From assembly GCA_964247055.1 (NCBI GenBank), contig OZ176050.1, positions 1,984,001-2,048,000 on the forward strand: a DNA stretch of 64,000 bases, read 5' to 3'. Shown piece after piece: positions 49,137 to 60,960 of the stretch. Position 1 is the first letter of the stretch. Every line of letters begins with the position of its first letter. This stretch comes from Paragordius varius. Taxonomy: Eukaryota; Animalia; Nematomorpha. The position numbers were made by a program, and so were the translations under genes. The notes under the pieces are model-generated. The model ran no database searches, was not told where the DNA came from, and saw only the letters and a program-made list of their open reading frames with translations.

Positions 49137-50689
49137 ATTATTGGATTAGGAGGATTCAGTATTTATTGATCATATAGAGTATTACATATGAAAACAAGTT
49201 CTGTTTCTAAATACACTACTTTTTTATTTTATTTTATTATCAATTTTTGATAAAACAAGTACTTCCTTTTTAGTCTTTCCCCCTTTTTAGCTAGCCGTTT
49301 AATGTAGCCAAAGGCAACTAATATTAATTATCTATTCTTATACCATGGTGATAGTTAACCAAATTTTAATGTTTAGCTAAATTTATTTATTTATTTAAAA
49401 TAAAATAGACAATTATTCTTTTAACCTGACAACATTCAAGATCACACCAATTAATGCAAATAAAACACCTTTTTACTCGTTTTCCTATATTTATTTGTAA
49501 TTTATTTTCCTTACCATATACTTCGCATTCTTATTTTACATAAAAATAAGCAGCAAAAAAATACAATAAATAAATATATAATCTTTTTTGAACTTTATAG
49601 AATTTTATTTTTTCAAGAATTTACTGATTGAAACCACCTGGAAAAGGCTTTTTTCTCACGAAATTTTTTAATTTAGGATGTTTTAGGTAATTGTGTTATT
49701 GTATAAAGGAACTGGTTGATTAAAAATCTCTACTAATTAATAATTTTACAAGGAGCAATCTAAAGTTTAAATCGCACTTAAAAAAAAGCTTAAGAATGTA
49801 TAAATATAATAATTAAACTATCTATTTATAGGTTAAAATTATAAAAGGCTATTAAAGACAATTTCGCCCATGTTGGCCTAATATAATTTAAAAATTGAAA
49901 CTATTAAGACAGTTTTAATTGCTCAGATTATAGTCGGGCTTTTTTAAAATTAGCCCTATGTCTACCAGGTGTAAAAATAGGGGTTTTTGGAAAATGGAAA
50001 ACCACTAAAACCTTGTTATTGATCTGTTCTTGAAAACTTATAGGCCCCTTATTTAATGATAATTTTATTAAAGTGTTTAACATAGAGACCGCTCACTTTT
50101 GAAATTTAATCATTTTACATAGCCGATCTTCCCGTGAAATAACATTTTTCGGAAACTAACAAAACTTATTTTTGAAGCAAATTTCGGTTGTGAGAACATG
50201 TAATTTTCATCGTGGGTTGTGTCTACAACATAAAGGTTAAAACTTTATCCCAGTGTTTTTTTTAATAACCGCCGTGTTGGGATCCACTTTATGTAAAATG
50301 TGCCAGGTTTTAAATAAAATTTTCGAAAATCTATAAGATTAAAAAGAGTTTTAGCTATTCAAATAAATTTTTTTAAAGAGATTTTAGGAATAGGCTGAGG
50401 CTTCCAGTTTGTGAGGAATAGGCCTATTAACGTGAGTGTGAAGGTGATTGTAGTAGCCAAATTGCTTTAGGGTGGTTAATTTAACGGTTTAAAATAAACT
50501 TATTGGATAAAATCTGAGACCTTGTAATCATGGATTTAGGTATTAAAACACCCAGTCTAACTTGATGAATATTTAATTGTTGAAAAGAAATGGTTGATTA
50601 TCTAAAATATCCAAATAGGACCTGTTAATATTATTGTTAAAAAGTATTGGAAGTTTGGGATACACAAAGACTAGTTTAAATTACACTGC

Positions 50690-51610
50690 TGAAAAGTAAT
50701 GGATGATTGTGTGACACCGTAGAAGATTGATTAATATAGTTTGATTGTTGAAAAGTGTTGAATGACTCTATAAAATATCCATAAAAGATTGTTAATATAA
50801 TTTGATTGTAAAAAGGGTGTGTATGCTTATATATAATACCCATGAAAGATTGGTTATTATTTGATTGTTTAAAAGTGCGGATGATTGTGTAAAATGCCCA
50901 TGAAAGTATTGTTAATTTAATGTGATTTGGATGATTGTGTAAAATAACTATAAAAGATTGGTTAATATAATTTGTTGAAAAGTTGTGGTTGATTATATAT
51001 AATACCCATGAAAGATTAGTTAATATAATTTGATTGTTGTGGATTATTTTAAATAATACCCATAAAAGATTGGTTAATATAATTTGATTGTTTAAAAGTT
51101 GTGGAAAAATACCCATGTAAGATTGGTTAATATAATTTGATTGTTGAAATGTGGTGGATGATTGTATAAAATACCCTTTAAAGATTGGTTAACATAATTT
51201 GATTGTTGAAAAGTTGTGGATGATTGTATATAATACCCATGAAAGATTGGTTAATATAATTTGATTGTTGGAAAGTTGTGAATGATTGTATTAAATACCC
51301 ATGATTGGGTAAATAATTTGATTGTTGGAAAGTAGTGGATGAATATATATAATACCCATGAAAGATTGGTTAATATAATTTGATTGTTAAGTTGTGGATG
51401 ATTGTATTAAATACCCATGAAAGATTGCCTAATATAATTTGATTGTTTGATTTATAAAATATTCATACATGATTGCTTAATATTATATGATTGTTGAAAA
51501 TTAGTAAATTGTATATACCCATGAAAGATTGCTAATAATTTGATTGTTGAAAATTATTGGATGATTGTATAAAATATTCATGAAAGATTGGTTATTATAA
51601 TTTAATTGTT
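50690..51610. repeat. Minisatellite, ~50-63 bp unit, roughly 15-16 degenerate copies
   Basis: Recurrent unit ~atgattgtataaaatacccatgaaagattggttaatataatttgattgttgaaaagttgtgg in head-to-tail array. Confidence 0.88.
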
Positions 51611-51644
51611 AAAATTAGTGGATTAAATATTTAATCATATGGTC

Positions 51645-52613
51645 ATGACCACTCATAATTGGGTGATTTATGTATTATAAAAATAACATTTAAATACCTA
51701 TTTTTTAATATAATAATTTAATCTGGCGCCCCTTCAACTATGCCCCCCGGTGGAACAGCCCACTTCCTCTACCCTCTAGCTACGCCATTGTGTAGATTGT
51801 TTTTGTGATACATGAAATGCTTCGGCCAATTACCGTTAAGTTTGAGTTAAGCCATCAAACAAAGCTTGCACTTGATCGTCTTCCCAGTTATGCGGTCTAA
51901 CAGAACGCCCATTTAACTCTAAAAGCTCAACTCGAGAACGGCGGAGAGGAGAATGATAATTTAACGATAAACCAAACTGATGAAGATAACAACCAATAAT
52001 CGGGAAGTGGGGGAGGAACAAAGCAAAGAAAAAGAAAACGAAAAAGACACCCAGGTTGAAATAAGAACGGAACAGACAACTGAGAAAGAACTTGAAATGA
52101 GATATCCTCTTAGGGAAAGAAAAGCACCAGATCGGCTCGGATTCGGATAAGGAGATATGATAGATTTGAATACATCAGTTTTAACCTTAGACTAGATAAA
52201 TTTATATATTAGATTTGAATAATTTTTTATGACCTTTTATATTTGAGTTAAACTATTGTATCAATTTTGTGTTTAATCTTAACACGTAATTTTACCTTGG
52301 TTTAACATGTAAATATTATATTCACAAAAAGTGTATAAACATTACTTTATATAGTGTAGCTTTTTTATTTTATCTCAATAAATATTATTGTTTTACGGTT
52401 TCTCGATTTACCACAATAATATTCAACAAAATGCTTGCATGACTAAGAACTATGGTTTTATAGTTCTCGCAATTAGATTTATCTCCCTTTTTGATTGAGA
52501 TAAACAGTATTTGCCAATCTTTTGGCATCGACCTCCATACTTCCTGACACAATCTATGTATAACTGATATCGGTATATCTCTTATTAATTCCAAGGAATA
52601 TTATCTATTCCAG
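51645..52613 (+). repeat. Duplicated composite segment, copy 1 (paralogous to 63053-64000)
   Basis: Collinear high similarity from gtcatgaccactcataa to ggaatattatctattcc, with scattered substitutions and small indels. Confidence 0.9.
51790..52428 (+). mobile_element. 3' end of a Ty3/gypsy-like LTR retrotransposon (pol tail, PPT, LTR)
   Basis: Frame ending EMRYPLRERKAPDRLGFG-stop, followed at once by purine run AAGGAGATA (52149-52157) and a TG...CA segment 52158-52428 containing AATAAA. Confidence 0.55.
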
Positions 52614-53960
52614 AGGCTTTCCTTATTGGTATCGATTATAAAGCTTTTACTACCTCTGCTTCTAATATACATAACTCATCATCCCCATTCCCATATAAAT
52701 GTCTATAGTTTGCAAGTGGGTGTGCATTATATAGCTGTTTGGTGTAACTTTCTCATCCTTTAACTTCTATTTCCGTCGTCAAGATCCTTTCATTGTCCTT
52801 AATATTAATGTTTGGAAGTTGGTATTGATTTTTTACTCTTCTGGTTTGGAACAGAGGTTTACTTAAGCCTTTTCTGTAAGCTTCCTCAATAATCGTGCAT
52901 TGTTCAGCTCAGTATTCCTCCAGGTTTTACCTTTCCTGCTTTTAAATTTAATTTTTTAACCATATCTCTTTCTCCGCTTTTCTTAGCTTTTCTTCTTTCT
53001 TCAATTATTTATATACAGTCATCTGATAACCCTTTTTTATATGATGTTTTTTTCTTTGGTAAATATTTTTGTGCTGTCTCGTGAATTATTCTTATATTAT
53101 TCCTTTGGTTTGTGAGTTATTATCCATTTTACCTATTAATTCAATTCTATTATTTACTTCTATCTTATATTCTAAAGAGATTTGTTCTACGTTGTATTTG
53201 TGTTATTTTTTCTTCTTCCGGAGTAACATGTGCGTTTTAATTGTTGTTATTAATAGTTGGTGATCGCTTGAGCAGTCACAAATTATTTTGGTTTTAGCAT
53301 CTATGAAGAACCTTTTCCATTTTTGTCATATAAAATAATTTATTTGGTTTTTAATTTCCGAGAAGGGGAGGTCCAGATGTATAGCCGTCTTTTATGTTGT
53401 TTTTACCATGTATACACAACAAACATTTGATTAATCATACAGAATTCGATCAATCGTTCACCAGATTCGTTCCTTTCGAATCCGTGTTTTCCCAATATCA
53501 TGTCTTACTCTTGATTTCCAACCTTTTTCCAATCACACCTATTATACTGATATCTTTTCGGTACAGAGTTTATTAAGTCTTGGAGCTGTTCGCAAAATGC
53601 ATCTATTTTTTCTTGTTCGGAGTCCGCTGTAGGGGCATAAACAATGATATAAGTTAAGTTAATCGGGCTAGCATTAAATCTGATGCTCATGATTAATTGT
53701 ATAAATTAAACGAATTGACATATTTATTATATTCTTTATTTAATATTACATCAAAACCCTCCCTCTTTATTTCATCGTGTCCCGACATATAATTACAATT
53801 TTCTTCGTGATATAAAACACCTTTGCCCTTGTAATGGGTTTTAGTGATACCCAATAAATTGGATTCTTTGCATATCGTTTCCTATTAGAGTCTTTTTTTT
53901 CTTCATTCCAACTCCTGCGTTCCAGTTTCCTATACGTATTTTATCTATAACTTTAATTTT
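52430..53960 (-). mobile_element. Degenerate RTE-clade LINE (BovB-like) fragment: AP endonuclease and start of RT
   Basis: Minus-strand peptides KIRIGNWN, SIRFNASPINLTYIIVYAPTADSEQEKIDAFCEQLQDLINSVPK and MPKDWQ..ISIKKGDKSNCENYKTIVLSHAS match RTE endonuclease and RT-start motifs; many stops and frameshifts; 3'-truncated at the LTR. Confidence 0.8.
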
Positions 53961-54775
53961 TGGCATATTTTTGTGATCAAGTTTGCCGGGGCTTTGTTGA
54001 ACCATACTTAAGGTGTATGGATTCCGTTACAATCTAAGTAATAACTTAAAGATATTTTAAAATATAATAATCCTGCGCTTGTACGCGCCTTAGGGCAGGG
54101 GGACGTTAATCATTCTTCAGGGCTCCTAACAAAAATATGCAATGAAACGTATGATACCAACAATATATAATAAACAAAAAATTAATATAATTAAGGCTAA
54201 TGATTTATGATAAGGTAGCAATACGATGAGTAAAAATCTAAAAATGAATGGCATGAGATACCGATTTTCAAATTAGTCACCCAAAATTATAGTGCGACAT
54301 CATATTTTATTGCGCTAACAAAGAAACGAATTTAATAGTGAGAATAAACATAAAATCGATTTCCAAATTTTTGAAAGTCCATAAATAGTTACTACATAAC
54401 AGAATCATTTAACTGTGATTATAGAATTGTGATATATTCGGAGGGTTTAAAAAAGTAATAACCAATTTTTTGGTTTAAAATTGGCCAATATGAAAAGGAA
54501 CTTGAAAAATGGAAATAAGATTCGGACAATGATTATTGAAATGTTTAACTCTTAACTTGAAGTTGATATTTTCAATTTAATGTTTATTAACTCACTTAAA
54601 GATATAAGCCTCATGCAATAAAAAACCGGTGATGATATAAAATATTTATAATCTATTCTATTATTTTTAAAACTAAATGTAAAGTAAAAATTAAAAATAT
54701 TAGGTAGAACAGGGGGATTTCTATACAGGTCATGGCATCCTTATTACAGGGCGGACAAAATGATTGTATGATAGA

Positions 54776-54778
<3 letters not shown>

Positions 54779-54806
<28 letters not shown>
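54779..54806. repeat. (TA)14 microsatellite
   Basis: Direct reading of sequence; shorter TA runs also at ~26917 and ~59145. Confidence 0.9.
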
Positions 54807-56586
54807 AGAATTAACCGACTGGGAAAATATAGATACTTGAAGTAGTTTGTTTATATACATAAACAAATTTGTGAAGTACGAAGTAACCGAAAAAACAAAG
54901 ATATATATTTGCTAAAAATTTATACAACAAACACAAAAAGGAAGATTTAAGAATAAAAAAAATACTGTCCTTGGTTTAAATTGAATTCCCCTGATCCAAA
55001 AATTAGGCTAAAGTAAAAGAAAGCTATCCAATGCTGCGCGCCAACGTGCGACCCAGCATAAAAAAAGAAAATTATATATATAAATTTTAAATAGTTATTA
55101 ACGTTTAATCATTTTAATCATTCAGAAACCGTATATCTTTATTAATTTTATAAAATTATTTTTAATGATATGATTTAACATGTGATTAAATATATATAAG
55201 CTTTCTACGTTATTACAACATTGAAAACATTTAAAAGTTAATAATTTTATGAAATGGGAAATAAATTAGTTTGAAAAAAAAGTTTGTGAATAATTATTTT
55301 TTAATGATAAATATATTATAAATAAAGAATAGGTGGAAAATAAAATAAAAAACAAATACAAAAATTATGGTTATATTAATAAAAATATAAGAACCGAAAG
55401 TGTTCAAGGCACTCTTGAAGTAATGGTATTAATATCAAAACAACTAATCAGGTTCTTTAGCAGTTTAATTATAAATCGGTAGATTTTTTTATGTATAAAG
55501 GGACTCAAAACCGAATTATATATTTTTGGATGCCACGATAATTGAGGTATGTTTTTGGAGATTTCGGCAGTCGATAACCCAGACTATGTGAGGCAACATC
55601 TGGCGAAAAGCAATTACTAAGTTTTGCCAACCTTTGGTTTTTTCATCCGAATGCATACAGTTGGCTTGGATCGACAAAATGATGCGAATCAAAAAATCAA
55701 TTCAAACTATTATTCCAGCCCAAATATATTGACTGACGAATGATAAGGCGGATGATGCGTATATAAAGTATCTATCATCGCCAAGTCTAGGTTTCCCCTG
55801 TTAGTGCAGTTTTCTAAATGTCCAAATCCTTTTCATTAAGCCAGCGTTCAACACAAATATAATCGCGGGCCAAATAATCGTCAGGCTGCATTCGAAAAAT
55901 AGATGGGCATAAATAAATTTTAAATTTTAATTCAAATTTTGTAAAAAAGGAAATGAAAAATTCGATATTGACTTATCAAGATAATTTATTTAAAATATAA
56001 CAATTTTACAGATTTTATGAGCATAAAACGTTTATATACTTGGTAATTTTTCAATTTTTTAGCGGGCCACATATAATATCTTGAAGGAAAGAACCAAAAG
56101 AATTTTTATTAGTTCGTTTTGTTTTAAACTGAATATAAAATTATCTGAGTCAGAAATATCGTTTATATCCACTTGACACAGTGTTAGAAGGGGCGTTGTA
56201 ATATGATTTACTTTACCGATATATTTATACGCTCGAATTTACAGTATAAGTAAGTATACATTGCTAGAAAGATATTAATGATTGCTAAATAGCACATGGC
56301 TTGTAGTTTTTTTCTTTTTACCTTTATTAGCTAATAATACTGCTCTTTGTATATACTGTGGAATTAAGCAATGTATACTTACTCATATGTAATTTTTATA
56401 GTATTGGTCTCATTATTTTCATTTTGCATTTATTGATTAGTGCATTGCACATATCTTCAAATTGACAATGTTATATAATCATTAAATTACAATTTTTTAT
56501 TCAATAATTATATTATATCAAATTAAATTATCACGGGCCTCTTAATTTAGCAGGGATAGCTGAGCGTTCATTAACATATTTTGGTA

Positions 56587-57728
56587 TTAGGTCGGTTTTA
56601 CACTAAAACAATTCCACCATTTTTTCTTATTCTTTTTGTGAGTTGTTGCATTCGGGGTGGGTGAACGACGCGGTAAAACTTGAGCACATCTTGGGCTATT
56701 GTTGTTTGGGGGTGGTGGTCTTGGGGCAATGTTTGGCGGTTTTGTGAATCCAGTGGATGGAGAACAAGCGGTAATCGTATATCTTGGGTTGTCGTTGTTT
56801 GGGGGTGGTGGTCTTGTTGCAAAGTTTCCAGTGGATGGAGAAAAGGCGGGAATCACATATCTTGGGTTATTGGTGTTTGGTGGCGGCGGTCTTGGTGCTA
56901 GGTTTTGCGGTAGCGGCATTGGCGGTTTTAATGCTCTAGATGGAGAAAAAGCAGGAGTCTCATGCACACCTTGAGAAAAAGGCTGCCTATTTACTAATAA
57001 ACCTTGGCGTGGGGGAAGTGGCGGCGGTTGTTGATCATGCAATTGATTGATATAAATTGGTACGGATGGATTAGGGGGTCTATTTGTCCTTAAACCTGGA
57101 CCTCGGATTGGTGGCGGCTGTTGATGATTGTTAGGTTGATTTATATAAATTGGTTCTAACGAACTAGGCGGTCTATTCATTATGAAACCTTGACGAGGGA
57201 GAAGTGGTGGTGGTTGTAGATCATTTAATTGATTTATATATATTGGCTCGGATGGATTAGGGGGTCTATTTATCCTTAAACCTGGACCCCGGATTGGTGG
57301 CGGCTGTTGATGATTGTTAGATTGATTCATATAAATTGGTTCTGAGGAACTAGGTGGTCTATTCATTATTGATCCTTGACGAGGGGCAAGTGGTGGCGGT
57401 TGTTGATCATTGAATTGATTTATGTAAATTGGTACGGATGAACCTGGGGATCTATTTTTCCTTAAACCTTGACGGGGTGGAAGTGGTGGTGGCGGTTGAT
57501 GATGATTGTTAGATAGATTTATATAAATTGGTTCGGAGGAATCTGTAAAATCACTCAGACTTTCATTCGTTATTGGTTTTGTTATTTTATTATTTTGATA
57601 GGGGGTTGGAGCGGATAGTTTGCGCTTTGTGACAACTTGTGTCGTTTCTTCCTTTAAGTCCTTTTTCTTTTGCCTTTTACTTTCATTCTTGTGTTCTTTT
57701 GTATCAGCGGTCTTGGATTGCTTTTGTC
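56587..57728 (-). CDS. Orphan proline-rich repeat protein (or last exon of a gene starting at 58970)
   Basis: Frame is stop-free from ~57765 to the stop at 56587, ~130 codons upstream of the first ATG (57366). Contains six ~31-aa PIY(I/M)N/poly-Pro repeats, three ~27-aa RPPPPN repeats and a KKNKKKWWNCF tail; GC content well above background. Confidence 0.6.
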
Positions 57729-58013
57729 CTTTACAGGAAGAAATGTTTATTAAGCTTAAGAATTATAATAGGATATCTATAGTAAAAAATAATACCTTTT
57801 ATTCATTTTATCATAATTTTTAAAATATTTTGTTTAAACGGCATTTCGAAATTGTATTTTGATAATAAAGCCATATATTTACATGAAAATTAAGGAACAA
57901 ATAATATGTTTAAAAATTTAATTATTATTTTTACTTTCTGTAACAGTTTAATTAATAAATAATCTATGATTCATTTAGTTGTTTATAGATGAAAACATTT
58001 TTGATGAAATTAT

Positions 58014-58970
58014 TTAAGTGCATGTAAAACCTTTTTTATTCGGTTTCACCACAAGATCAGTTAGAGATTCTACTTCAAGGTCTGCATATTTTTTCACTAA
58101 TTTTTTAGCTATTTTTTTTTCAAATTGGCGTTCTTTATACCGTTCATTTTCATACATCACATATGTGGACTCCAAGTTTTGCGCAACTTGTCGCGAATAT
58201 TCCTCCAACTGTTTGCAAATTTTGGCTTCTTGGCGTAAAATCTCCTCAATATGAAGGGACGTCAACTTACTATTTTTCTGTTGTATAGTTATGGCTGTTC
58301 CTTGTAATATACAGGGGCCAGGCTTTGTCTTTTGCCAAAGCTCAAAAGGCCTAGGTCGGTATATATAAAAACTGTCATTTGGTCCATACATTTCTGGCGT
58401 TTTGTCTATCTTTTCTCCTCTAACTGATTGATTATCTGCCGTTTTATTTTCGTATGTATCTTTATTTGGTAAATTCTTTGTAGACTTATTATTGCGACGT
58501 TGTACACAATTGTCTAATAATATGCTAATTAATGTTTGTATGGTAAAATAGGCTATTATCTCTTGCCATTTCCTGATTTCAGCAGTATTGTAGAAATTAT
58601 TTTTACTTGTATCGTCAATTGCGGTTTTATCAGTATTTGGTGATTGTGTATTGTTATAATTAATAATAGCATCATTTTGCGAATTATTTTCTGTATCTTC
58701 ATAGGAGATGATATCCTGTTCATCTGCTTCAGCTTTAAAATCACCAAGCTCTGTGTCAGAGCTGGTGTTTTCATTTGTAATCGGAGAATATTCATTGTGA
58801 GGTGTACTAATTGCGTTTTGGGGTGAATTAGTTGTGTTAAACTGCAAAGGTGATGGAGAATGTGATTGAAAATTTGAAGTTGCATTTGGATCTTCGTCCA
58901 TAAATGGTACCAAACAGGTACTGCATTGGTTAAACGGTTTTTGACAAGTTCGGCATATTTTAAAACTCAT
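58014..58970 (-). CDS. Orphan 318-aa ORF with N-terminal CxxC-x6-CxxC and C-terminal charged coiled-coil-like region
   Basis: 957-nt ATG-initiated ORF in AT-rich DNA; MSFKICRTCQKPFNQCSTC; S/T/N-rich linker; no family recognised. Confidence 0.6.
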   Translation of the reverse strand: MSFKICRTCQKPFNQCSTCLVPFMDEDPNATSNFQSHSPSPLQFNTTNSPQNAISTPHNEYSPITNENTSSDTELGDFKAEADEQDIISYEDTENNSQNDAIINYNNTQSPNTDKTAIDDTSKNNFYNTAEIRKWQEIIAYFTIQTLISILLDNCVQRRNNKSTKNLPNKDTYENKTADNQSVRGEKIDKTPEMYGPNDSFYIYRPRPFELWQKTKPGPCILQGTAITIQQKNSKLTSLHIEEILRQEAKICKQLEEYSRQVAQNLESTYVMYENERYKERQFEKKIAKKLVKKYADLEVESLTDLVVKPNKKGFTCT

Positions 58971-59138
58971 TATTAATCGATGTCGGGGTGTATTATTTAT
59001 TGAAATATTAAAAACACAACATTAAATTGAAAGATATTTTTATATAAGATAATTTGATTGTTAATATCAATTTTTAACATGACGTATTAAACCATCAATA
59101 AAACCTCAATTTATTGTGTATAAACGATAAATTAATAA

Positions 59139-59170
<32 letters not shown>

Positions 59171-60599
59171 CCTTTTTTAACCAAAGTTTCTAAATTGGTC
59201 GCGTTTTTTGTCCTATATTTGGAATATAAAAAAAAATAATATGAGTAAATATATTGCATTAAATTAAATTTCATTAAATAATTAATATAATAAAATCCCG
59301 CTATCCATACAAAAGTCGTCAGGGCTATAATCTTTCCTACTAAGCTATCTGCCATCAACATTTTGATGATAAAAGTGTTGCATTGTTATTTTTAGGTATA
59401 TGTGTCAAATTCTTTTTATCTCAACACAAAAAAAGGAATAAAATGTTTAATATGCCTAGGGTTGTGCCCGTTAGTCTATGACCTAAGTCATTTTTTTTTA
59501 TTTTTTTATTTTATTAATTTTCGTTTTAGGAAAACAAAACCTTATATTATTTAAATATGTAGTATTTTGATTTAAATATCATATGATATACATTTTTTCT
59601 TACTTCCTCATAATGAATCAGCCTTGTGGAAATTTATAGAAAACCAAGTTACAAGCTAGAAATGCAATTGCACTATATATTTAAATAAAAACCGAACGAA
59701 GAAACATATAAAGAAGTTTATAAAATAAATTATGACAGAAGGTGATGGTCTAAAGCAAATTAATATTTAATTTCTTAGGTTTAGTTTTATTTTCTGTTTT
59801 CAAGAAGAAAATAGCCAGTAACATTTAGCAAAATTTATTTTTACATCCTCTAATTTTAACATAGTTGAAAAGGAACATTTCCGGATTTCATTAATAGTTT
59901 GAAATAATTATTTGAGCATAAATAGGTTCCAATAAATTCCTATTGTTAGTCTTATCTCTCTGTGATTTAAAACTTTCTATAGTCTTTATGTATGATTCCA
60001 GGTAAGATAGTTAATTGTAGAAATTTATCAGTATTGGTGAAAGTATACTTTTAAAAAATATACTTTATGTAAAATCTTTTTTATGTAATTTAATCAAATG
60101 TATGTAGTTATTTTATTGGCAATAACATATACAACCCTAAATATGCCAATTACTATATCACTCATGTGGATATTTTTAACATATTGCCAATCCGTTGTCC
60201 GTTAACACCAATTTATATTCCTTGAAAACAATATGCATCTCTAGGTTTAGTCAAATTTTACATTGCTTAAACCCTTAAATAATATGGTTATAGTTAGGTA
60301 AAGTGTTTTGGATTTAAAGCTTATTCGTAGTCAAATGTGCGCCAATTTGCTCAGTTGTAAAGGGATATAAAATTTTGTAATTAAAATTTGTGTAATATAT
60401 TTTAATAAATGTTAAAATCATTACAGTGTCCATAATTACAAGGTTCCCTTTTTAAACTAATATGTCTGGTAAGCCTTGATTCTAAATTTGATTGTGTAAA
60501 TGGTTATTTGAATGTATTCGTGCTCTAAATGGGTTTGCATTAAAGGTGATACGGACACCAATATTATTAATTTAATAATATTAACATTTTTATGTAATG

Positions 60600-60960
60600 A
60601 GATGAATTTTGGATTTTTGGAAATATCAAATTATGCCCATAACTCGTTGATACCCCATGACATATGGATATAACAAATAAGCCGGTTCAATTTAGATTCG
60701 ATCTGGCACATGCACATCCTGTTGGAATTTTTTGATTCTGAAAACTACTCATATTTAGACGCAATCTCTAAAGAGCATCGCAAAGAATAAAAATATAATG
60801 AGTTTTGGCAAGATGTGCGAAACAAATATGAAAACATAAAAAAATGTGTCCAGGTTATCTTCACCGTTTTCCCTTCAACTTACATATGCTAGGCATATTT
60901 AAAAATTAAATATATCATACTTCTAATCGCCTCACAGAGGTCAATACGGACCACGTATGA
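60600..60960 (+). mobile_element. Possible hAT transposase C-terminal remnant
   Basis: Translates EFWQDVRNKYENIKKCVQVIFTVFPSTYIC, resembling the hAT dimerisation-domain pattern FW...YP.L...A...L..FPSTY.CE; no TIRs found. Confidence 0.45.

Noticed and set aside
50676-51116. 146-aa ORF with repeated NNQIILTNL
   Set aside because: Lies entirely in the minisatellite; unit lengths vary by non-multiples of 3, so the frame is incidental.
50690-51610. CRISPR-like periodicity
   Set aside because: Whole units repeat with no unique spacers, no cas genes, and the context is a eukaryotic genome.
55500-55920. GC-richer stretch with HLFFEC on the minus strand (LINE zinc-finger-like)
   Set aside because: Single short motif in a frame with stops; other frames equally uninformative; cannot assign.
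57777-57795. 19-nt candidate intron supplying an ATG to the proline-rich ORF
   Set aside because: Splicing from ATG 57806 enters a different frame that stops after ~15 codons.
59912-59929. Literal EPIYAQ (CagA-like) peptide on the minus strand
   Set aside because: Sits in a stop-bounded stretch of only 39 codons with no start or clear splice support; likely chance.
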